Position numbers and translations under genes: made by a program. Positions 10,701-20,100 of a DNA stretch of 64,000 nucleotides are shown piece after piece. Origin of the DNA: Podarcis bocagei (lineage: Eukaryota); NCBI GenBank assembly GCA_964188305.1, contig OZ076893.1. One strand, written 5' to 3'. How positions within the stretch are numbered: the stretch's first letter is position 1; each line of letters begins with the position of its first letter. Below the pieces are notes generated by a model that was not told the origin of the DNA, made no database searches, and saw only the letters and a program-made list of their open reading frames with translations.

Positions 10701-12815
10701 CTGAAAACGGGACAGAGCATCAGCAATTTCGTTAGACACCCCAGGAATAAAACGTGCGGAAAAAACTATATTACAACGTAAGCAATGCAGTACAAATGCC
10801 CGCAAAAGGGGGGACACCCTGGGTGAGCGAGATGACAGTTTGGCCAGCACAGTCACCACCGCCTGGTTATCGGTCCAGAAGCAGACACATCGGTTCCTGA
10901 ACTCCTCGACCCACAAGTGCACTGCCACTGCAATTGGAAAAAACTCAAGAAAAGTTAGGTCACGCGTAATCGCACTTCCCTGCCACCCAGCCGGCCAACG
11001 CTGAGCGCACCAACGACCTTTCCAGTAAAGACCGAACCCCAATGAACCTGCAGCATCGGAATGCACCTGGAAATCATTATGCAAGTTCAAAGTGTCTTGC
11101 CATAATGACACCCCATTGAATTCCTCCAGGAATTCGAGCCAGATGCGAAGATCAGCACGCACCCCACTAGAGAGGCGAACCCGATGATGCGGTGCCTTCA
11201 ACCCTACTGTGAGACGCGCCAGGCGTGAACAGAAGGGGCGCCCGGGAGCCACTACTCTGCAAGCGAAATTCAGATGTCCCAAAAGCGACTGGAGTTGCCT
11301 AAGCGACACTTTTCTTAAAGGAAGCAGCTCCTCAATGATCTTCCTGAGGGCGACCAACTTGTCCCCAGGCAAGCTGGAAGTTTGAGCCACTGTATCCAAG
11401 AGGATACCCAGGTAAGTAAGCTGGGTTGCAGGACCCTCCGTCTTGTCAGCGGCGAGCGGAACCCCCAATTCCTGTGTAAGGTCAGCAAAGGCCTGCAGCA
11501 ACACCGCGCAATCGCCGGTATCACTCGCCGAGGCCAATAAAAAATCATCCAAATAATGGGTGACTCCGCCCAAACCTGTTTTAAATTTTAGGGCCCACTC
11601 CAGAAAGGTACTAAATGCTTCAAAAGCGGCACATGCGACAGAACATCCCATAGGCATTGCCTTGTCAAAGTAATAACTGCCCTCAAATTTAAAACCAAGT
11701 AGCCAAAAATCCTCCGGGTGAATTGGCAAAAGGCGAAAAGCTGATTCGATATCGCATTTTGCCAATAAGGCTGCACGGCCAAACTTCCTGATCATCTTGA
11801 TCGCTTGATCAAGAGAAGCATACCTCACGGAGCAGAGCTCCGACGGAATAACGTCATTGACTGACGTGCCCGTGGGATGTGATAAATTATGAATTAAACG
11901 AAATTCACCAGGAGCCTTTTTTGGCACGATACCCAATGGGGATACATGCAAATTATGAAAGGGGGGATTATCAAAAGGGCCAGCCATACGCTGCATGGCT
12001 ACCTCTTTCGCAATCTTCTTACGAGCAACCTGAGGCAGTTCGCGAATTGACTTTTGATTAGCGGGGTTCTGTGCCACGGGAGGCATGGCTACAGGAATTC
12101 GAAAACCTACGGAAAAACCATTGTTCAGATAGACCGCAGCCTCCCTATTGGGGTAAGACTGCAGCCATAATTGCAGGGGCTGCAAGCGAACCGGGGTGTA
12201 TGCCAAGGAGGTCAATGCGTTATTTCCCTGCTGTAGCAGGGGAGGGGGTTGGTTTTTGGGTTTGCTGAGAACCCCCTCTGCCACCTCGAAAGGGCCGGCG
12301 ACCACCAAAACAAGAAGAAGCAGCATGCGAACCATTGCACCTCTCGCATACATGGGCAAATCTGCACCCTTGCCGCTGACAGGAACCTTTGTTAAAGTCC
12401 CAGCATAGGAGCCGGCGGCCAGTTCTAGAGGCTGCCGGTTTGAATTTCTGCTGTTCTGGTGCTTTCTTATCGATGAGTGGGGCCACGTGGGTGGTCCAGA
12501 CATCGAGATCCCTACGATCCCAACGGGCTGTAGGAATTTTTGCCGCTCGGCGCCTGAAATTCTCATCATATTTGATCGCAGCCTTCTCACCAGCTTTGGT
12601 GAAGGCAGAGCGAACAATGGATAAGTAAACAAACAAGTGAAGAGACCTCCGAGGATAGGCTGCCACAACAACACCAGCGAAGACTTGAAAACAATCGAGC
12701 CAATGCTCGAATGTCCTGTCTCCAATGGCGGCACCAGGGCGCTTCTTGGAAGAAGGCCCTTTCTCCTGATCCTCTGACGGCGGGGCCAATTTGAAAATGT
12801 CAACGTAACGGCCAT
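10614..12815 (-). CDS. Reverse transcriptase / RNase H (DIRS/Ngaro type); true start uncertain
   Basis: RT motifs SPLGIVPKK, FRLIHNLS, KCDIESAFRLLP, MPMGC, HYLDDFL and TYLGI. RNase H motifs HSDAAG, LEFFPI, WTDNQAVV and ADALSR. No stops or frameshifts. Confidence 0.95.
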   Translation of the reverse strand: MAVTLTFSNWPRRQRIRRKGLLPRSALVPPLETGHSSIGSIVFKSSLVLLWQPILGGLFTCLFTYPLFALPSPKLVRRLRSNMMRISGAERQKFLQPVGIVGISMSGPPTWPHSSIRKHQNSRNSNRQPLELAAGSYAGTLTKVPVSGKGADLPMYARGAMVRMLLLLVLVVAGPFEVAEGVLSKPKNQPPPLLQQGNNALTSLAYTPVRLQPLQLWLQSYPNREAAVYLNNGFSVGFRIPVAMPPVAQNPANQKSIRELPQVARKKIAKEVAMQRMAGPFDNPPFHNLHVSPLGIVPKKAPGEFRLIHNLSHPTGTSVNDVIPSELCSVRYASLDQAIKMIRKFGRAALLAKCDIESAFRLLPIHPEDFWLLGFKFEGSYYFDKAMPMGCSVACAAFEAFSTFLEWALKFKTGLGGVTHYLDDFLLASASDTGDCAVLLQAFADLTQELGVPLAADKTEGPATQLTYLGILLDTVAQTSSLPGDKLVALRKIIEELLPLRKVSLRQLQSLLGHLNFACRVVAPGRPFCSRLARLTVGLKAPHHRVRLSSGVRADLRIWLEFLEEFNGVSLWQDTLNLHNDFQVHSDAAGSLGFGLYWKGRWCAQRWPAGWQGSAITRDLTFLEFFPIAVAVHLWVEEFRNRCVCFWTDNQAVVTVLAKLSSRSPRVSPLLRAFVLHCLRCNIVFSARFIPGVSNEIADALSRFQMERFRLLVPEARIRPEYFPDHLWNLGSN

Positions 12816-13911
12816 TCAATATCCTAGACCTAAGCTTTGTAGCCAAGTGTGAACCAGGGATAATGTCCCTGGCCGAGTTGGTAGAGACCTTAGTGTCAGG
12901 TACTAGCACGCCATCCCTACACTCTTGAACAGCACCGTACTTAGCACGGTGCGTATTTGCCCTCCGTTCCCAGGCCCACCTCGGGAGCCCTGAAGCCGTC
13001 TCGCCAAAAACCCAATACAGTTCCATAGGTTTATCAGCCTCATCATCAGAGCTAGATGACGTACCCGTATATGATGAAGAAGAGTCCGCCCTTCTACGTT
13101 TGGCATGTTTTCGGGAAGATCTTCTGCGATGACGCTTTCCCCCCAAGGATCTCTTGGCCGGGACTGGTAAGCTATCTTCCATAGAAGAGGCCGAGTCAGA
13201 ATTTGGCTGAGAAGCACCCGGATCCTGCGCTACAACTGGAGCAGAATAAGAGGAAGATGTGTCGTCCCTCCTCCGTTCGGCGTGCCTCCGGGAAGACCCC
13301 TTGCTGTGACATTTTCCACCTGAAGACCTTCTGGCAGGAACTGGTAAACTGTCTTCAACAGAAGACTCAGAATCGGGATTCGGCTGAACTAGACCTGAGG
13401 CCGGTGGAGAAGAAACAACACGTGAGAGACCAGAACCGGACGCCACTTCGGCAGGGGGCTGGGCAATCCTGCCTCTACGTGCAGAAGATGACGAAAGGTT
13501 CCCTCTTCCTGAGGCCCTTCTGGACGAATAAGCTGACCTCCGTGTGCGGCCACGAGCAGCGGGTAAGTTACGGGGCCGGGTTAACTGAGGGTCACTTCCC
13601 ACAGCCCCAGTTAACAACCCTTCTCTCCCATTCTCGCTAGATAACGACGATGCCGGAGACGACGCCCCCACCGGATGAGGCATCCCTGCCGATGTGGAAG
13701 GCTGACTGGAACATTGTTGCAGAAAACCGTCCATTTGCTCCGCGAAACGAGACAAGGCAGCTGGATCACCGGCCATGCTAGCCACCAGGGACTGCACCCA
13801 CCCCATTGGCGGTCTCGAAACAGGTGAGCGCAGCGCCTGGGAAGGGCCTCTAATAGGCCGTTTTGCGGTGGAAGATGAGCCAGGGCGGGCTGTGGCTTTC
13901 TTTGGAGCCAT
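12220..13911 (-). CDS. Ngaro ORF1 (gag-like) with C-terminal Cys/His zinc-finger motif
   Basis: Open frame of 563 aa from the ATG at 13911 (MAPKK...). It has an S/R-rich N-terminal half and the C-terminal motif CWDFNKGSCQRQGCRFAHVCERCNGSH, and it lies upstream of the RT. Confidence 0.85.
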   Translation of the reverse strand: MAPKKATARPGSSSTAKRPIRGPSQALRSPVSRPPMGWVQSLVASMAGDPAALSRFAEQMDGFLQQCSSQPSTSAGMPHPVGASSPASSLSSENGREGLLTGAVGSDPQLTRPRNLPAARGRTRRSAYSSRRASGRGNLSSSSARRGRIAQPPAEVASGSGLSRVVSSPPASGLVQPNPDSESSVEDSLPVPARRSSGGKCHSKGSSRRHAERRRDDTSSSYSAPVVAQDPGASQPNSDSASSMEDSLPVPAKRSLGGKRHRRRSSRKHAKRRRADSSSSYTGTSSSSDDEADKPMELYWVFGETASGLPRWAWERRANTHRAKYGAVQECRDGVLVPDTKVSTNSARDIIPGSHLATKLRSRILNGRYVDIFKLAPPSEDQEKGPSSKKRPGAAIGDRTFEHWLDCFQVFAGVVVAAYPRRSLHLFVYLSIVRSAFTKAGEKAAIKYDENFRRRAAKIPTARWDRRDLDVWTTHVAPLIDKKAPEQQKFKPAASRTGRRLLCWDFNKGSCQRQGCRFAHVCERCNGSHAASSCFGGRRPFRGGRGGSQQTQKPTPSPATAGK

Positions 13912-15434
13912 ACCTACTATTTTGGAAACAAAGTTGACAGTCAAAAAGGTCCCACAAATCAAAGACAGCCAAGCAAAGCCAACGAGCGTCAGGGGGAACT
14001 GGCTATGGCCAGTCAGTTACCCCCCAACAAGAGCACCACTGTTGACTTTATCTGCAACTATATAAAAAAAAAAAAAAACCTTGTACCTAATTGGAAACTA
14101 ACTAATACTGTATGACTTAATAAATTCAAGTAGCGAGTAAAATATCTATTTACGCGATTTCTTTGAAATATGCACTCAGTGCACCCCCTCAGGCCGGCCA
14201 GGAGGGAGCACTAGCCGGTGGCAATGCAATTAGAGGAGGTGCAGAAACCGGCTAAGCCACCACAGGTAGGCTGGCACTCCGTGGTAGGCTCACTTGCGTA
14301 TGACAGGTGCTAAAATAATAATTACTTTCAACTCCCAAACAGCCAGGTTAAACTAACAGGCTAAATAAAAGCAAAAGCAAAATCAAAATTAAATTAAATT
14401 AAATTAAATAGGTGCAATGCCCAGGCCAACCAGCAGATGGCTCTAGCTTGCCTGGCTGAGTCAACAAGAGGGAGATGCAATTACTTGCTGAGCCACTGGG
14501 GGAGCTCAAGCGCCTGCAAGCTGCAATAGCTCCCAGCGGCCACAAGAGGGCCAGCCGACCTCAGCAAGCAGCACCAGCGCTCTCTCCGACCTGTGCGACG
14601 TTCAACACGGCGAGCCCTGGGCGATACAGCCAAAATCGCCCACAAACAAAAACAGGCCGCGCCGAGGCCTCGGAGGCCCGCGCGGGCTCCGCGCCGACCG
14701 CTGCAACGGCGGGCAGCGACGCCAGAAAAAACGCCCCAGAGCCCAGGCGAAAGCGGGCAGCCACAGCGCCTCCTAATTTATTTATTTATTTTTCTTCCCT
14801 ATTCTCCGACGATAGCGCCGGAAAGCGGGAGCGCTGCAGCGGCCGCTGCCAACCCGGGGCCGGTGGCGCTTCACCCCCACACACCGGAACAACCAGGTAA
14901 GCCCTTTTAAACGTCCAGGTCCCTGGCTCGCTCGTGGGGGGGCGGGTCACTTCGGCGGTCGCCGCCGCCGCCACGCCGCGTTCCGAGGCCCGGGCTTCGA
15001 CCGGGAGTGCGCCGATGGGGGGGTGTAAGGGGAAAGGGACCCAGCTGCGCTCCGTGATTCGGGCAATGGGCCGTGGGTTCCCCGAGCCTAGTAAACGGCC
15101 CCAATCCTTCCCACCCCCAAGAAGAACCAGGTTTTTTTTTTTAAAAAAAAAAAAACCGCGTTGCCGGGGAGGCAAGGCCTCCCCCGGGCTGGGGGGGGGT
15201 CCCCACCCTCAGCCTCTGCACAAACGGGGGTAGCTCGGGAAATACAATAAAATTCGGAAAAACCCCCAGGGCCCAACACAAGGAAACAAGAGCGAAGAAA
15301 GTGGGGACGGAAAGAATACAAAGAAGGGGGAGGGTGAAGGAGAGAGAGGAGGCCAAAGCGGCTAGAAGAATATGAATTAATTAGCAAATAATTAGCAAAT
15401 ACAACCGGCTCAAGCGCTGGCTGCTCCTTGATCC

Positions 15435-15649
15435 GTGATCCGAGGAAAAATGGCCAAGAGGCCGTGCCAAAGTCTGGCCCCTGTATATATAGACTCTGAC
15501 CCCTCCTCCGAAATGGTAACACTCAAAACACCCAGCAACCCAATTTAACCATTTAAGTGGCCAAGATTCAGCTAAATTTGCCTAGTCACAGGAGGGTGGC
15601 CTGTTCCCAACCGCAACACGTGCTCTCTGCTAGGGAGAACACGCTTTGC
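15435..15649 (-). repeat. Ngaro repeat A1 (5' terminal, promoter-bearing)
   Basis: Matches 8457-8671 at offset 6978 with one mismatch. TATATATA at 15484-15491. Confidence 0.93.
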
Positions 15650-16734
15650 AGGCGATAAACGGCATGAGGATCCACGGGGGAAAGGAACCTCTTGCGAGCA
15701 GTCTTAGCAAATAACAAAACAAAAGCAACACCATTGCTATGGACTACACAGTGAAGATTGGTTTAATAGTCATTCTGGCTCCACTGAGAACCCCAAGAAG
15801 CCTAACAGAGAATGATCAACACTCTCATGAAACTAGAATTGCCAGAATTCTTTGAGGGAGGAAGCCATTCCAGTTAAGTTGATGTCGATAGCTTGTCATG
15901 TGACACATCCACTGGAAACTCATGCCCCATAGCATCTTGGGATTTTGCTATTTAAAAAATATCATATTATCCTGCTTATGTTTCAGAGCCTGGTTGTAAT
16001 ATTACAGACAAGATAAACCCATCCCAGTCTTAGGAACTTAACCATCATTGGGCTATGTTTTGCACAAAAAATGTAGAAATGATATTAACAGTTAACAGAA
16101 TCTGTCAACGAGCAGCAGCAAGTAGAACTGAAAGGGAATAAAAAGGATATTTTCATGAATGAAGATTAAATGTTGGTGATGTCACCATTTTGGTTTTATC
16201 TTGATTTTTCTTTAAAAACAACAAGAAGAACAGGATTTACTGATTACCAATATTTGCTTTGAAAATTAGAAGCTGAGCAGAAGTATATGTGAAGCAGAAA
16301 TTCTTGCTGACGTGCTAAGATTTTTATCAGTCAAGGTATTAGGTCCTTATTCTTTTAAATTGGGCCTTACAGGTCTGTAATAGTGGGGAAAACTTTTGAC
16401 GGTTCAGCTTGCTTTTTAGATAGGACGGTGCTTTGATCACACATTTGACAATGAAGGTGGGGTTGGGGAGGTAAGGCTGAGTTGCTGACATAAGCAAGCT
16501 GGTTTTCCTCATGTCTCTAAGTGAAAGCTTATGATCATATTCTTAGATGCTTTTTGTCTGTCTCTATCTTTCCTTTTCATCTAATGGTGCCTTTTAAAAA
16601 AAGTTGGCATATGACTGAAATCATAAAAATGAATTTCTTTATTTTATTAGGAAACAAGGCTGCTGTTTCAGATGACTTTTTTCCCCTGGTTATGACAAAA
16701 TTGTCAAAAGGGATTTAACTTCCTTTCTTTCCAG

Positions 16735-17018
16735 ATCACATGGCCGATGTAAAAACACCAGTGCCCAGCAAAGGAATGCCTCTGACTGTTATTAAAGACA
16801 GATCTGATCCTTGCGAAAACCCTGTGCTATTTTTGAGATAAGTAAACGGCACGGAAATAAACAATGTGACATTTTACTTCTACACTCTGCCCAAGACGCA
16901 AACCACATACTGCTTTGGAAATATGAAACATGACAAATCACTGTTTTGTTTTGTTTTCAAACTTCAAACCAGAGAAATTGTACACTTCCTTGTGAATTAT
17001 ACCACTGCGTTTTCATAG
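16735..17018 (+). other. Candidate host exon (284 nt), gene unidentified
   Basis: Acceptor TTCCTTTCTTTCCAG and donor TAG|GTAAGT in non-repetitive sequence. Confidence 0.35.
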
Positions 17019-17148
17019 GTAAGTTGCAGTTCTTTCTCTGCTCAGAACTTTGCCAGGCTCTGTGCAAGAATGTGTCACCGAAAACAAAACAATAATGTAC
17101 ATTCTTCTGTTACATTAAAAAAAAAATGTTACTACTTAAAATAAGGCA

Positions 17149-17495
17149 GGGACGCGGGTGGCGCTGTGGTCTAAACCACTGAGCCTCTTGGGCTTGCCGA
17201 TCAGAAGGTCAGCGGTTCAAATCCCCAAGACGGGGTGAGCTCCCATTGTTCGGTCCCAGCTCCTGCCCACCTAGCAGTTCGAAAGCACATCAAAGTGCAA
17301 GTAGATAAATAGGTACCACTCTGGTGGGAAGGTAAACGGCGTTTCCGTGCGCTGCTCTGGTTCGCCAAAAGCGGCTTAGTCATGCTGGCCACATGTATGT
17401 ATGCCGGCTCCCTCGGCCAGTAAAGCGAGATGAGTGCCGCAACCCCAGAGTCGTCCGTGACTGGACCTAACGGTCAGGAGTCCCTTTACCTTTAC
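17149..17495 (+). mobile_element. Sauria-type SINE
   Basis: GGGACGCGGGTGGCGCTGTGG head, tRNA-like B box GGTTCAAATCC, (ACCTTT)n tail, TSD TACTTAAAATAA. Confidence 0.9.
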
Positions 17496-18865
17496 TTAAA
17501 ATAAATATTGGCTCTTAGGAAATAAATCTTTAATATTGACTCATCAAATGAGCAAGCTAAAGTATCATTTCCTAAATCTGTGATCCACAAAACACTTAGG
17601 GCAGATCTGCAATGACTGCAGCATCATATGTTAACTTGCTCACACCAATGAGCCATCATAGAGCCAACATCACATATCTTCACATGTCACATCAGATGCC
17701 ATATTTTGCAATGGAGTTCATTCACATATTGAGGGTGCAAACACATAGCCATGTTCATCTGTGCTTCCTACAAGCATTGGTAGTTTAGTTATTTCATTGC
17801 TCTGTGCAGATGCATTCCACTTTTACCTGAAAAAGTTGGTTATTCAGGGACATGCAATGCAGCAAAATAGTTTAGCTGGCCATGTAAGAGCATGCAACAT
17901 GCTTGAAAGTGTGCTGGATTCAGGTAGCTTCCCAATATCATGGAGACTGCTTCATTGATAACCATCTTCAGGATGTTTCGGCACTGAAGTTGCTCCACAT
18001 GATTGTTTGGTTTGCACACCTGAACAGTGCATTAGGAAAGGCTATTGCCTCACCGTGTTTCAGTGTGCTGATTATTATAATATGTCAAAAGTAACTAAAT
18101 GCCTTTATCATACTTTACTTATTTTTTTTTTTTTTTTTTGGGGGGGGGGACTTAATCTTGAGTACATCTAAGAATGGGTCTATGTCTTTGCCTCCACTAT
18201 GAGATGCCCAGAACCTTAAATTGTTTTTGACAATTTCCTCTTATAAGGCTCAAATCTGAATTCTCACATTAAATAAACTGTCAAAACCTAAGCCTGTTTA
18301 CATGTAAGTAACTCCCACAACAGTCAATGAGACTCGTGTCCTATGAGAGTGTTCATAGAACTGCAGTCAAGCTCTTTTCAGGGACTATTGAAAGCCAATA
18401 ATATACCAAAGTATGTTATTGTAGGTTGAATAAAAACTTTGACAGATGGACCACTATAAATTGTTCAAGGTAGAATCTGCTGAAAGCATATTTTAAAATG
18501 AGGAATGGGCTATAGGCATCTATAGGAGGAGAGGAATAGCGCCCCCCCCCCCGGTGAACCGTAATCCTCAGATTACCCAGTTTCCCTTTTTAAAAAAAGT
18601 AGATTATTTCCCTTAGGATGCCCCTATTTTTACAGGAGAAATGTTGGAGAGTTTGGAGTTATGCAACCCTTGAGCAAAGAATAAGTAACTATACAACCTT
18701 AAGAAGACATCTGAAGGCAGCCTTGTATAGAGAAGTGTTTTTTTTTTAATGTTTTATTGTGTTTTTATATATGTTGGAAGCCATCCAGAGTGGCTGGGGC
18801 AACCCAGTCAGATGGGCAGGGTATAAATATTAAATTATTGTTATTATTATTTTGGAATAGGACAT

Positions 18866-19701
18866 AGCGTGTTCTCACTAAAGGAGAGCACGTGTTGCGG
18901 ATGGGGCCAGACAAAGCACCCTGCAGTGACTAGGCAGGTTGGAATTAAGGAGCCTAGTGTTGGTTGGTGTTTGCGTTGCTGGGGCAAATTTGATGTTGCA
19001 AATTTAGGGGTGGGATCAGAGGATATTTAAGCAGGGTCCACAGCAGGCTACTTTCTCTTTCGCTGTGGACATCGGATCACCCGCCCGCCCGCCCTCCCTT
19101 GTTTGGGCTTGTGCCTTGACCTTGCTATGCCTGTCATGGGGTTGTCCGCATTGGTGCGGGGGCCTGGTAGGAATTTTTCCAATTGGCTGATTAGTGTGTG
19201 CCTTTTGGGTTTTGCCTACTGCTTAGCAAATCGTCACAACTTGTAAGGTTGGCGGTTAGGCATTGGTTTAAATTGGTTGGTGGAGGGGTATGGATTGGCT
19301 GTGCCTGCCCCTCCAATGCTGTTGCTGCACGGGAATTCCGTTAAAGGAATTCTGGGGCTTACCATCCCCTCGTCCAAACCCCTGGAATCGGGTGCGGGCC
19401 ACGTAAGCCCCTAGGAGCATGCAGGGAGAAGCTGAGGGTCTGTGTCACAGCTCCTTTTATCCCTGAACTTGTTCCTCCACACTGGCTTTCGCTGGAATCC
19501 GGGAGCCAGTGCTGTCCCCAAGGCGGGGGGCGGGGCGGGGCAGGGGAACGACAGATAGTCATAACCAATGCCTAAGCAACCACTCACAATTTGTATGCTA
19601 ATAAAGTTGTGGCCAAAATTATGCCAAAAACCTTAAACAAAAATTATGTGTGATGTGTGAGTTATTGGGGTAAGGGTGTTTTGGGGGACCTCAGCACGCA
19701 A
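18866..19701 (+). mobile_element. Solo A-spacer-B unit of a related Ngaro subfamily
   Basis: Begins AGCGTGTTCTC and ends CAGCACGCAA, like the termini of the full element. It is colinear with the reverse complement of 7861-8667, 836 bp long, with no element ORFs. Confidence 0.9.
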
Positions 19702-19883
19702 CCCTATTTTCACTGGAGAAATGTTGGTGGATATGTGATTGCACTTGTCCCTTCCAGCAGCTGTCAGCCAAAGTGCCTCTTAAGGATGCATGAGGAATGA
19801 TGGTAGGAGCTTTCGGAACTGCAGTTCTTGAGTGAGCATGTCACATAAAGTGGCAGGCACACTCCTCTCTGTCATCAAGCTAT

Positions 19884-20100
19884 GAATCATAGAATCATAG
19901 AATCATAGAGTTGGAAGAGACCACAAGGGCCATCGAGTCCAACCCCTTGCCAAGCAGGAAACACCATCAGAGCACTCCTGACATATGGTTGTCAAGCCTC
20001 TGCTTAAAGACCTCCAAAGAAGGAGACTCCACCACACTCCTTGGCAGCAAATTCCACTGTCGAACAGCTCTTACTGTCAGGAAGTTCTTCCTAATGTTTA
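19884..20100 (-). mobile_element. CR1 LINE 3' end
   Basis: (ATTCTATG)n tail; encodes NIRKNFLTVRAVRQWNLLPRSVVESPSLEVFKQRLD. Confidence 0.9.

Larger units (their letters stand above)
7861..15645 (-). mobile_element. Full-length Ngaro-type (DIRS order) tyrosine-recombinase retrotransposon with split direct repeats A1-ORFs-B1-A2-spacer-B2
   Basis: ORF1 (Zn finger), RT/RNaseH, YR and SGNH ORFs lie in series on the minus strand. A repeats 15435-15649 and 8457-8671 differ at 1 of 215 bp. B repeats 8668-9084 and 7861-8277 differ at 1 of 417 bp. There is no methyltransferase domain and no classical TSD. Confidence 0.96.

Noticed and set aside
14475-15233. GC-rich overlapping ORFs in the Ngaro leader
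   Set aside because: Stop-poor GC-rich sequence interrupted by homopolymer runs; no motifs.
7861-15645. LTR retrotransposon, endogenous retrovirus or prophage integrase interpretation
   Set aside because: No protease, DDE integrase, TG..CA ends or TSD. Split direct repeats plus RT/RNaseH and YR fit Ngaro. DIRS1-type is excluded by the lack of ITRs/ICR and of a methyltransferase.
17149-17240. tRNA gene
   Set aside because: tRNA-derived SINE head with a B box; no full cloverleaf.
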